Under the pieces are notes generated by a model that ran no database searches, had not been told where the DNA came from, and saw only the letters and a program-made list of their open reading frames with translations. A program made the position numbers and the translations under genes. Positions 25,787 to 34,705 of a stretch of 64,000 nt of DNA are shown piece after piece (the first letter of the stretch is position 1; each line of letters starts with the position of its first letter). This stretch comes from a virus (lineage: Duplodnaviria; Caudoviricetes). The DNA is taken from IMG/VR virus record IMGVR_UViG_3300012979_000040, positions 7,757 to 71,756 of that record; one strand, 5' to 3'.

Positions 25787-26878
25787 CTATTTAATAGTTT
25801 TGACACCTTTATTTCCTCTTGTTACCCAAACTTCTTCTACTTTAGAAATGTTTCCTTCAGAATCTTTATACCATACTTCATCTACAGCATGTATACCAGT
25901 AGTTTGTTTTGTAAATACTCCGATCTCTCGTTCTGGTATAGTTACTTCTACTGATTTAGTAGCGTAAACTGTTTTATCTTTACCTGTTATAGATACTGAT
26001 AGTACTTTTGTTGTACCAAACATATCTTTTGTTATTGGAATATCGTGAAAGAAACTTCCAAAGTCTATATATGTTATAGTTTCATCTGTTCTTAGATTAG
26101 TATTATCTAAAAATACATCAGCAGTATAATAGCTTTCAGGATTAGTCCATAAAAATGTTATTTCAAGCATCGGGTTTTTCTTGTCTTCAAGATTAACTTC
26201 CATTTTTAAACCTATTATTGTAGGATCTGCTATTTCTAAAGTACTTAGTTCAGCAGATACTTCTGCGTTGTTAAAATTTGTTGTGCTGTTATAATTACCA
26301 TTACCTGTACTTTCAATCTTACCCCAAACTTTAATAGTTCCTTTTCTGTTATTTCCTCTAGGTACACTAACTTCATAATCTTTTGAATGTACTATGGATG
26401 CTGTTACCCATCCACTTGTTTTATCTGCTGTATTAATTTGAGTTTTTGTGTGTTTTACTATGCTACTATTATAGTATACATTACCATAATGATTTGCTTT
26501 ATAATCTGGTTTCCAAATGCTATTTTTGTCTTTCTTCTCGTCACTTGATATAGCTTTCCATGCTGGGAAAAACCAGTGTATAAGTTCTTTATTTCTATCA
26601 TCCTGAGAAGCTTTTCCACCTTCTATATAATCTATTAGTGTTGTATTTGGATGTACAATTATATTTTTATAAGATTCATTACCTGCTTTATGTTTTATAG
26701 ATAATGAAGAAGAACCACAGAATTTTCCATTTAGTCTAGACGCTTTTATTCTATATACAATGGATTCAGCTTTTCTTTCTATTAATTCTATTTCTACTTT
26801 ATACACTTTGTCACGAGCTGCATTAGTTTGAGTTCCTTCAGCATATGCTACTACTTTACCCTCTTTCATGTAAATCAC
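25787..26878 (-). CDS. beta-rich putative structural/tail-associated protein
   Basis: composition and position; no family recognised. Confidence 0.55.
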   Translation of the reverse strand: MIYMKEGKVVAYAEGTQTNAARDKVYKVEIELIERKAESIVYRIKASRLNGKFCGSSSLSIKHKAGNESYKNIIVHPNTTLIDYIEGGKASQDDRNKELIHWFFPAWKAISSDEKKDKNSIWKPDYKANHYGNVYYNSSIVKHTKTQINTADKTSGWVTASIVHSKDYEVSVPRGNNRKGTIKVWGKIESTGNGNYNSTTNFNNAEVSAELSTLEIADPTIIGLKMEVNLEDKKNPMLEITFLWTNPESYYTADVFLDNTNLRTDETITYIDFGSFFHDIPITKDMFGTTKVLSVSITGKDKTVYATKSVEVTIPEREIGVFTKQTTGIHAVDEVWYKDSEGNISKVEEVWVTRGNKGVKTIK

Positions 26879-27747
26879 TACCCTTCTAGCTTAAAGTATA
26901 TAGTATTATTCTCTTTTCCTTGTAATGTAACATCACCATCGGCAGTTCCAAATAGATGTTTTTCATTAAAGAAAGTTGTTAACTTATCTGACACAGTCTT
27001 ATCAACATATTGTTTGTTTGCTACTTCTGTCTTATTAGTAGGATCTGATATCTCAGTACCTTGTGGTAATGTTAAATTATTAACTGTAGATATATCTAAT
27101 GATGTTGCAACCTTTGCATTAACTGTTTCAATATCATTTGCAATAAGTTTTCCTTTTATTGTTAGATTGTCATTGCTAAATCCTAAGCTTTCTAGATTCT
27201 TTTGAAGATCTTCAACTGTTTTAGTTAAACTTTGTACAAGGTTTAATGCAGTTACTCCAGAGTTGCTTGAAGATATGATAGCAATGTTTTGTGCATTGAA
27301 ATATATTTCGTAAACATTACCGTTAACAAAGTCTCCACTTTCTAATTCATCAAATAGATTGTCATCAGCAGCCATCTTCATTAATGGGTATTCAACAGTT
27401 TCTTCACCACGTTTGAATATGATTTTAGTTCCTGGATTATTTTCTGGTACTGCTAAAGTATGAGATGCTCTTACTTTTATTAGTGAGTATGGTGGTATTT
27501 CGTTGGGCCTTCCAAGGTAAGAGTCAATATATAAACAGTTACCTTCATTGTCAGTCTTCTCAATATATAATGGTGATACGTATCTATCTAAAGTTTCTTG
27601 TAAACTGTTAGCATAGAATTTAAGTTGCTTAATATCTCCAATATAGTTTTCTAATTGTTTTACCCTTGCTTCTATGTCAACTCTAAAATCAAAAAGCTTT
27701 TTAAGTTTGACTTCTAAAGGTAAATCTAATTCTTCATCGTAATTCAT
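26878..27747 (-). CDS. putative tail-associated protein with coiled coil
   Basis: NKQYVD fibre-type motif; RBS GGAGG. Confidence 0.55.
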   Translation of the reverse strand: MNYDEELDLPLEVKLKKLFDFRVDIEARVKQLENYIGDIKQLKFYANSLQETLDRYVSPLYIEKTDNEGNCLYIDSYLGRPNEIPPYSLIKVRASHTLAVPENNPGTKIIFKRGEETVEYPLMKMAADDNLFDELESGDFVNGNVYEIYFNAQNIAIISSSNSGVTALNLVQSLTKTVEDLQKNLESLGFSNDNLTIKGKLIANDIETVNAKVATSLDISTVNNLTLPQGTEISDPTNKTEVANKQYVDKTVSDKLTTFFNEKHLFGTADGDVTLQGKENNTIYFKLEG

Positions 27748-27763
27748 AATAACCTCCTAAATT

Positions 27764-27790
27764 AAAAGAGTGCTGTGCACTCTATTTTTT
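27764..27790. terminator. bidirectional hairpin terminator after the endolysin
   Basis: AAAA-GAGTGC-TGT-GCACTC-TATTTTTT. Confidence 0.75.
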
Positions 27791-28600
27791 AATACTATTA
27801 GGTGCAAACCATGCAGTAACTTTGGAATAATCTCCAACCTTACCTTCATTGTATTGATTCAATGCATAAGGATGGCTTGCATTCTTAGCTATTGCTATAA
27901 CTTTCATCTTAGTATTAACGTATGATCTTGTTGATACTCCTGTTCCTGCAGAGCTAGCTCTTCCTGGACCGTTAACGATAACAGTATCACCTAACTCTAT
28001 AGTAGTACTTGGTTTTGGTTTTAATATTTCATTTACACGAGCTTGAACTTCAGAATAATTATATCCTTCTGCCTCAAGACGCTCCTTACGTTCTGGATAG
28101 TTACCGTACTTTCCATTTATTACATCATGTGCTACTTCGTCAATAGACTTAGTAGGTGTAGGTTTTGGATCATTATTGATTGGTAACTCTTTATCCAAGT
28201 ATGGTGTAGGATCTATCCTAGTATCATTTAATCTCACTTCGAAATGCAAATGTCCCCCATAGCTGGTTCCGGTGTTGCCCATATAGCCAATCACACTTCC
28301 AGCTTTAACTTTATCTCCAACTTTAACAGCTACAGATTTATATGCCATGTGAGCGTATAAAGTTTTGTAACCTGAACCATGATCAATAATAACATAGTTA
28401 CCATAGTTACCACCATCTATAAATCCTGTAATGTCATTACGTGTAGCAATAACTTTTCCATCTGAATGTGCTGTTATATAATCAAGCACATGTGTTTTAT
28501 TTCTATATCCTGTAACATCAACACCACCGTGCCAAGAGCTACCTCTTTTTCCATATGCACTAGTGATGATGTGAGGATAATTCTTAAGGACTCTACTCAT
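27782..28600 (-). CDS. endolysin: M23 peptidase plus Cpl-7 cell-wall-binding domain (start moved to ATG 28600)
   Basis: HGGVD, YAHM, HLHFEVR; SIDEVAHDVINGKYGN...RKERL...YSEVQARVN. Confidence 0.93.
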   Translation of the reverse strand: MSRVLKNYPHIITSAYGKRGSSWHGGVDVTGYRNKTHVLDYITAHSDGKVIATRNDITGFIDGGNYGNYVIIDHGSGYKTLYAHMAYKSVAVKVGDKVKAGSVIGYMGNTGTSYGGHLHFEVRLNDTRIDPTPYLDKELPINNDPKPTPTKSIDEVAHDVINGKYGNYPERKERLEAEGYNYSEVQARVNEILKPKPSTTIELGDTVIVNGPGRASSAGTGVSTRSYVNTKMKVIAIAKNASHPYALNQYNEGKVGDYSKVTAWFAPNSIKK

Positions 28601-28601
28601 A

Positions 28602-28697
28602 TTAGATCTCCTCCATTTCTCCTTCATAGTGTTCAGTATCTTCTGTAGCAACTGGAACACCTTCTTCTGGTATAAATCCTGGTATTAGTTCTTCCAT
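28602..28697 (-). CDS. 31-aa acidic micro-ORF (MEELIPGFIPEEG...)
   Basis: RBS AGGAG; fills the gap before the endolysin. Confidence 0.45.
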   Translation of the reverse strand: MEELIPGFIPEEGVPVATEDTEHYEGEMEEI

Positions 28698-28709
28698 CTT
28701 ATTCATCTC

Positions 28710-28745
28710 CTATTTCTTTTTACCTTTGCCTCTTTTACAAGCCAT
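28710..28745 (-). CDS. 11-aa basic micro-ORF MACKRGKGKKK
   Basis: ATG 1 nt after the holin stop, RBS AAAGGTGA. Confidence 0.35.
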   Translation of the reverse strand: MACKRGKGKKK

Positions 28746-28746
28746 G

Positions 28747-29028
28747 TTACTCACCTTTCTTCTTTAATTGTTTAATTGTTTCATAGCCGCCTGTTGCTAC
28801 CCAACCCATAGCTAGACCTAGAATAGCACAAGTAACTATGTCTTTACCTACAAATACTGTAGGTATACAAATACCTAATACAACTCCTAATAACCCTCCG
28901 ATTAGTGGTATAAATTTGTTAGGTACTTTTAATCCTTTGATAATTTCACCAACAATAAATGCAGCTACTGCAATTATTACACCATCTTCAACAAATAGGT
29001 TAGTTATAAATTCTACTATCTGTTCCAT
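28747..29028 (-). CDS. holin
   Basis: 93 aa, three hydrophobic segments, basic C-terminus, upstream of the endolysin. Confidence 0.85.
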   Translation of the reverse strand: MEQIVEFITNLFVEDGVIIAVAAFIVGEIIKGLKVPNKFIPLIGGLLGVVLGICIPTVFVGKDIVTCAILGLAMGWVATGGYETIKQLKKKGE

Positions 29029-29065
29029 ACTTTACCTCCTAAGTATATTGTATCATAAAATAGAT

Positions 29066-29088
29066 AAAAGAAAAAGGGGCGACCCCTT
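29066..29088 (-). terminator. Rho-independent terminator
   Basis: AAGGGG-TCG-CCCCTT then TTT. Confidence 0.8.
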
Positions 29089-29419
29089 AATCTATTATAT
29101 GTCTGTACAATGCTTCCACATCTGACTTATCCAATGTGATTGTACCTAGCATTGGGATCTCAATATGTATTGGTCCCTTAGATGCCTGCTCGATAAGTTC
29201 ATGGTAGATGCATGTTACATTTATTTTCTCTTCTTCAATAAGTTCAAGTGTGTGAAGAAGTTCAACTTCTTTTAACTTATGGAATATTTTCTCAGCCTTG
29301 CTAAGTGCAATGCCTGCTCCAGTACCAAAGACCCAACGATTAAGTCCTGACATCTTTGGTATTAGCTCGTGATCAATGAACTCAGCTAATCCATCCATAA
29401 CTGTCTTATAATGATACAT
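29087..29419 (-). CDS. hypothetical protein, third gene of the HTH cassette
   Basis: RBS GGAG...AGGTGA; amphipathic segment RWVFGTGAGIAL. Confidence 0.75.
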   Translation of the reverse strand: MYHYKTVMDGLAEFIDHELIPKMSGLNRWVFGTGAGIALSKAEKIFHKLKEVELLHTLELIEEEKINVTCIYHELIEQASKGPIHIEIPMLGTITLDKSDVEALYRHIID

Positions 29420-29429
29420 AGTTAATCAC

Positions 29430-29885
29430 CTACGCTCCTGTTGTAGTAGTTGGGATAGTTACATTAACATTACCCCATCCTGGACATACACTTGTGTTAG
29501 GGATTACTAACTTAGTTATTGATTGTAACTGAGCTATTTGTCCTTGCATACATCCAATAGTACTTGTAATAGTAGCGTTAACAACAGCTTGTGTATTGAC
29601 TGCAGCTTCAACACCAGAGATTTTTGTATTTAATCTTTCATATACTTCTGCGATCTTTTGATCTGTGTATATGTTAGATTTCAATAATGCAATCTCATTA
29701 TCTTTGTTGACAATCTTGTTCTCCATCTCTAATTCATATCTGTTAATAAATTGGTTGTCTGAGCAATTGTTCATTGCTCCACCTAATAGATTGCCTAAAC
29801 CTCCGTTTAGAACACCTAATGCTGTACCTGCAATACCTAAACCTAGGCCACTGCCAGCTACTCCTTTGCTTGCAAATTCTGCCAT
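29430..29885 (-). CDS. Gly-rich N-terminal (MAEFASKGVAGSGLGLGIAG) coiled-coil protein
   Basis: GxGxG hydrophobic hairpin plus coiled coil; function unknown. Confidence 0.8.
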   Translation of the reverse strand: MAEFASKGVAGSGLGLGIAGTALGVLNGGLGNLLGGAMNNCSDNQFINRYELEMENKIVNKDNEIALLKSNIYTDQKIAEVYERLNTKISGVEAAVNTQAVVNATITSTIGCMQGQIAQLQSITKLVIPNTSVCPGWGNVNVTIPTTTTGA

Positions 29886-29977
29886 AATAAATCATTCCTT
29901 CCTTAATATATAAAGAATAAGATAGCTGCTAGCATATTTACCACTCCTTCTTTACATCTTAAGTATAGCATAAGTCA

Positions 29978-30009
29978 ACAGTATAGAACTGTAAAAATAC
30001 TGTAAAAAT
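29978..30009. repeat. tandem 11-bp direct repeat ACTGTAAAAAT x2 plus ACAGT/ACTGT inverted repeat
   Basis: 29988-29998 and 29999-30009; inverted repeat 29978-29992; lies between the HTH gene and the Gly-rich gene. Confidence 0.7.
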
Positions 30010-30022
30010 AATTTATAAAAAA

Positions 30023-30325
30023 CTAGATAGTTTCTGGTCTATCTAGTTTGACTTCCCGTTTAGAGGGTTTACGAACAGGAAGTATAACTGAGTGTTTCTG
30101 TGTTAAGTCGTATAAATCTTTTAATTCTCTGATGTATTTGTTAACTGTATCTACAGATACATTGAATTCGCTGGCCTGCTTGGGTACTGTCCATCCTGCT
30201 ACTCTAGTACGCATGATTCCTTCTAGTATTCTAGCTTTGTCGTCCCCTAATTTTATTCTATCATTTATCCCACTCTCCTCAAGGAAGGTTTCTAGGATAA
30301 TCTTAGACCAACATAATTGTTTCAT
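30023..30325 (-). CDS. LuxR/sigma-region-4-like HTH protein
   Basis: GWTVPKQASEFNVSVDTVNKYIRELK. Confidence 0.75.
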   Translation of the reverse strand: MKQLCWSKIILETFLEESGINDRIKLGDDKARILEGIMRTRVAGWTVPKQASEFNVSVDTVNKYIRELKDLYDLTQKHSVILPVRKPSKREVKLDRPETI

Positions 30326-30705
30326 TATAAAATCATTCCTTTATCGTGACATTCTCTTATATATTCCATCTCGTGCATTATATAGGAGTTGCCACCTTTG
30401 TTTTTATATTTGGTGAATATGGTCTCAATGTGTAAGTAATCTGTTTCGCTACGTTTTAATCCATTACGTAGGCTACCACTGAATTGTAGAATCTCATATT
30501 TGATTCTATCAATCTCGTTAGCGTCAACTTCTTGTTCTAACTTATTAATCTTATCATTCAATTGACTTATTCCTAACCACTTACTTAGACATTTACCTAA
30601 CCATTTAATTGGGCTAAGCTTGATAGGAGCAATTTCTACTCCTATCAAAGCTAGCAACCCAAGTACCCAAGTGTACTTTTCAATAATTAAATCTATTAGT
30701 TCCAT
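30325..30705 (-). CDS. membrane-anchored holin-like/lysis accessory protein
   Basis: N-terminal TM segment, IEIAPIKLSPIKWLG, then a coiled coil. Confidence 0.6.
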   Translation of the reverse strand: MELIDLIIEKYTWVLGLLALIGVEIAPIKLSPIKWLGKCLSKWLGISQLNDKINKLEQEVDANEIDRIKYEILQFSGSLRNGLKRSETDYLHIETIFTKYKNKGGNSYIMHEMEYIRECHDKGMIL

Positions 30706-33700
30706 TATTCAGTTACCATACCAGCTGTTAAATCTATATTCATTATTGAGATATTTGATATTTTACCTGTGTTGCTTACAGAATTTAACCATGGGATAAT
30801 GTAATAATTGTTTGAATAACGTAAGTCTTGATTAAGTTTAACTATTGTGTTTTGAAGTCTTATATATTTTAAATTTGTAGTTGAACCTTCTAAATGTTTA
30901 TTTGAATCCTCATCTACTACTAACATTACTCTGTTATCATCTATCAGTATATAACATCCTAAAGGCCCTGCATCAGTTACAACATAGAATACTCTATCCT
31001 TTACTGTTCCATTAGGTCCAAGTAATCCTTCTAAAGATGTATAAGAATTTTCAAGTTGTTGACCAAATCTATTATAGTTTCTAACATGTAGTGTACTATA
31101 ACTAGTAATGTTTACTTTAGTTTCTGCTAATATACATACTTCTTCAGCACCTACTGTTTCTTTTGTTTCTAGTAATTTGTCATATGTTTGGAATACAGCA
31201 CTTCCTAAATAAGCCTTCTCAAATGCAATAGCTAATTTACCACCCATTACACCAATAGATAATTCTTTTTGAGAAGGTTTAGTATATCCACTAGGCAATT
31301 CAAATTCAATAAATAAATTGTCAAACATATGGTCATATACTGTTGGTAGTGCAGAAATGTATTCTTTATCAGCGTGATAATATACAGATTCTGGATCTTC
31401 ATAGTAATTACTGTTATTGTTTTCTATGATATCCCACAAGTCTGGATGTATTATATCGTCATTTGTAACGAATCCGCTATTATTTTTCAAGTCGCTAGTA
31501 CTTGTAGGTATAACTGTTCCAAGACCTTTGTCAATCATAAGAGCAGTGTTTTCTCGTAACGATAATGTATGCAATTCAAAATCATATTCTGAATTGTAAG
31601 TTATTTCTGATGTTATTCTTAAAGAAATATCTTTATGATTATAATCAGTATACATCTCTTTAAATGTTATTGCTATATCATCAAATGATTGATAATTTGG
31701 GTCAAGATAATGTGTTATTGATAATATAGCTCTATGTCCATCAAGACAGTCTGAAATAGAAGGGGTGAAAGCTCTTACCTCACTTGAATTTATAGCTACA
31801 GTCTTCAAATAATTATTATTAGCATTATCATAGTCTTCGTAATTTATTGTTGCATCTGGTAAAAGATTTACTAATACAGAAATATTTAGTGGCATATAAA
31901 GTAAAACATAATCTCCGAAGTTACTAGTACGCATTAATGATTCTCCGGTATCTTGTTTTATTTTTAAAACCCTTTTTAGTGCTGTATTTATGAAAGGCAT
32001 AGCAGATTCATCTATTGTATAATCTAGAATTTTTGGAGTTACTCTTTCTTCACCACTATATTTCAATACGTCTACATTGTATCTACCTTTAATTATGATA
32101 GGATAATTTATAGAATCTAGTGTTATTAATCCAGCTTCATTAGCAGATTCTGCTAATTCTTCTTTCGTTAATTTATCTTCAACTGTATTCCATTTAGATA
32201 TCATATCTTGAGTGATATTCTTAACATGTAATGGAACTGTTGGATCTGATTCTTCTGTTATTCCTCCACCTGCACCTGCTACTGCTTGGTCAACATATTG
32301 TTTAGTTGCTGGATGATATGCACTTGCTGGTGTATATGCAGTAGTATTTGTTTTAGTTAATACATCTGATGCTTTAGGATATATACCAGGGTCTCCAGTG
32401 TATGAAAAGAATGCTATTGCGTTACCACCAGAATGTTTGAATGATTCAGAGGCTGTATCATAATAGAATGTACCATACATAAAGTTTGCTTTTCGTCTTT
32501 GTGTTATGTTACCATCACCATCACATAAAGTAGTCATTATAGGCTCTATGCTTGGTGATGTACCATTAAATCCAACTCTACATTCCCAATAAACTGAAGG
32601 ATTTGAGTTTGTTGCAATCCTAATTCTACGTGTCTGTGGTCCTTTTTTATATAATTCTGTAAGTTTCTCCATGAATTTAACTACTACATCTGAACTTGCC
32701 TCTGCATAATAAGGATTGCTTCCTCCGAAATCTGATTTAATTACATTAATATCTAAATCATCTTGAAGTGGTAATGCATCTATTTCTTCTTTAGTATAGT
32801 AGTTACTTAGATCTGGACCTTCGCCACTTCCACCACCGGCTGCTGCTACTGCATCATCTACATACTTCTTAGTAGCTGGTTCGTAGTCTGCATCTGGTGT
32901 GAATGCTGTAGTATTACTTTTTGTTAATACATTATTAGTTGTAGCAAGTATTGTTTTGTTGCTAGCACTATTCATCCAATTATATATTCTTATTACATCA
33001 GATGTATTAGATCTATGAGTAACTTTACCGTCAACAATTTGCAATGGGAATTGCATTTGTGGTGTTAGGTAAGATACATCATCAACAAATCTAGGTATAA
33101 CTATAGGAGTATATGAAGGATATGTACTAGTCATAGTTAGTATAGTTTCTAAATAAGGTATTGTATTGTTATCTGTAATTATCATTCTAACTAATACTTT
33201 AGTTATACCTTTTTCTAACATAACATTTAATTTTTCTAACAAATCTTTACCTACTTCACTTGTATAGCTTTTATTTTCTGGGTCATAAGAAGTACCATTT
33301 TCAGTTTTTAATTTACCCTTAATAGTTACTACAGGCCATGGATATTGTTCAGGAACTTCTGCCCCTGATGCAAATTTTATTTCATTCCAAGCGTATGTAG
33401 TTGTTTCCCCATCAACTGTTGAAATACATTGATAGAAGAATCCTTTAGTAAACTCTTCTGTATCTTCACCTATATATTGATATATCTTATCAAGATAAGT
33501 TGCTGATGCTGTTGGCATCTCATTTTTCTGTGGTATTGCATCTAATACTTTATCATCTACGTACTTCTTTGTTGCTGGGTGGTAATCAGCTGTAGGTGTA
33601 TAAGATTTTGTATTTTGTGTATTTAAATAATTTGTCATTAATGTTAGAGATGTACCCCAATAACTTAGACTTGAACTATAGTAAGGTGTAAAAGAACCTG

Positions 33701-34652
33701 CTGAACCTTTTACGTGAAAAGATATGCTAAACATATACATTTGCTTAGAAGTATCTGGGGGTATTATAGGTTGACTATTGAACTTTGCTCCTATTGAACT
33801 ACTAGAAATACTACGTCCAGTGTATGTTAATGGGAAAAACCTACTCCCAGAACGTAATATTAATCCTTTTGTTGGAGCACTGTCAGTACCAGCCCAATAA
33901 TTATTTAGATATTCTGTAATAGTATTTCTATCAGTTTCATTTAGTGTAAATACGTTCCTTTTAGAAGAACTTGAACTTGAATTAACGTCACCGTCTATAT
34001 CATTTATTGGTGTTGTTATATTAATTATTACGAATTCAGAGTCATTAGCTGATTTTAGTAATGCATCAACTTCTTCTTTAGTATAATAATTACTTAAATC
34101 TACTTCTGTAGTACCAATCATTTCCCATTTAGATTGTACAAATAACCATTCTTCATATATGTTGTTACCTGATTCATTTTTAGGTACAAGATATATAATA
34201 TGTTCTGTTCCAACCTCTGGTAATTCTTGAACTACTTGTAATGTTAGTCTTGTTAAGCTTCCTATTAATGAGTTAACTTCCTCTTGGCTATAGGTTTCTG
34301 TCTTTTTGTAATAATTCTTTAGGTCTTCAACAGAGTTAGTAATGAATCCTGCTTCACCACCTAGCCCTGCTATTTCGGTCTTGTCTGCTTTAGCTTCTAG
34401 TGCATCATAGACACCACCAGAGGAAACGACATTAGTCGAATCCTTTACTGGAACTGCGTCTATAATAACTAAGTCACCAATTTTTACAGTACAATTTATT
34501 GTGTTTGTATGTTCATCTATTTGTATGTATCTTCCTGCTGCGTATTGTATAGCTCCGTCTTTACCGTCTTTACCATCAATACCATCAGCACCTTTGATGG
34601 CTGGGATATTACTCCAACTACCATCTGCTTGTTTGATTCTTAATAGTGACAT
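30705..34652 (-). CDS. long modular tail fibre (1315 aa)
   Basis: short collagen-like GADGIDGKDGKDG, repeated DLSNYYTKEE, three TP-x-x-x-Y-x-PATK-x-YVD joints. Confidence 0.8.
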   Translation of the reverse strand: MSLLRIKQADGSWSNIPAIKGADGIDGKDGKDGAIQYAAGRYIQIDEHTNTINCTVKIGDLVIIDAVPVKDSTNVVSSGGVYDALEAKADKTEIAGLGGEAGFITNSVEDLKNYYKKTETYSQEEVNSLIGSLTRLTLQVVQELPEVGTEHIIYLVPKNESGNNIYEEWLFVQSKWEMIGTTEVDLSNYYTKEEVDALLKSANDSEFVIINITTPINDIDGDVNSSSSSSKRNVFTLNETDRNTITEYLNNYWAGTDSAPTKGLILRSGSRFFPLTYTGRSISSSSIGAKFNSQPIIPPDTSKQMYMFSISFHVKGSAGSFTPYYSSSLSYWGTSLTLMTNYLNTQNTKSYTPTADYHPATKKYVDDKVLDAIPQKNEMPTASATYLDKIYQYIGEDTEEFTKGFFYQCISTVDGETTTYAWNEIKFASGAEVPEQYPWPVVTIKGKLKTENGTSYDPENKSYTSEVGKDLLEKLNVMLEKGITKVLVRMIITDNNTIPYLETILTMTSTYPSYTPIVIPRFVDDVSYLTPQMQFPLQIVDGKVTHRSNTSDVIRIYNWMNSASNKTILATTNNVLTKSNTTAFTPDADYEPATKKYVDDAVAAAGGGSGEGPDLSNYYTKEEIDALPLQDDLDINVIKSDFGGSNPYYAEASSDVVVKFMEKLTELYKKGPQTRRIRIATNSNPSVYWECRVGFNGTSPSIEPIMTTLCDGDGNITQRRKANFMYGTFYYDTASESFKHSGGNAIAFFSYTGDPGIYPKASDVLTKTNTTAYTPASAYHPATKQYVDQAVAGAGGGITEESDPTVPLHVKNITQDMISKWNTVEDKLTKEELAESANEAGLITLDSINYPIIIKGRYNVDVLKYSGEERVTPKILDYTIDESAMPFINTALKRVLKIKQDTGESLMRTSNFGDYVLLYMPLNISVLVNLLPDATINYEDYDNANNNYLKTVAINSSEVRAFTPSISDCLDGHRAILSITHYLDPNYQSFDDIAITFKEMYTDYNHKDISLRITSEITYNSEYDFELHTLSLRENTALMIDKGLGTVIPTSTSDLKNNSGFVTNDDIIHPDLWDIIENNNSNYYEDPESVYYHADKEYISALPTVYDHMFDNLFIEFELPSGYTKPSQKELSIGVMGGKLAIAFEKAYLGSAVFQTYDKLLETKETVGAEEVCILAETKVNITSYSTLHVRNYNRFGQQLENSYTSLEGLLGPNGTVKDRVFYVVTDAGPLGCYILIDDNRVMLVVDEDSNKHLEGSTTNLKYIRLQNTIVKLNQDLRYSNNYYIIPWLNSVSNTGKISNISIMNIDLTAGMVTE

Positions 34653-34676
34653 GGTTATTTAAACCTCCTTTACTAT

Positions 34677-34705
34677 ATTATAAAATATTTTTATTCTTCT
34701 GTCGA
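34677..34705 (-). promoter_or_regulatory. sigma-A-like promoter for the tail fibre gene
   Basis: TCGACA-17-TATAAT. Confidence 0.6.
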
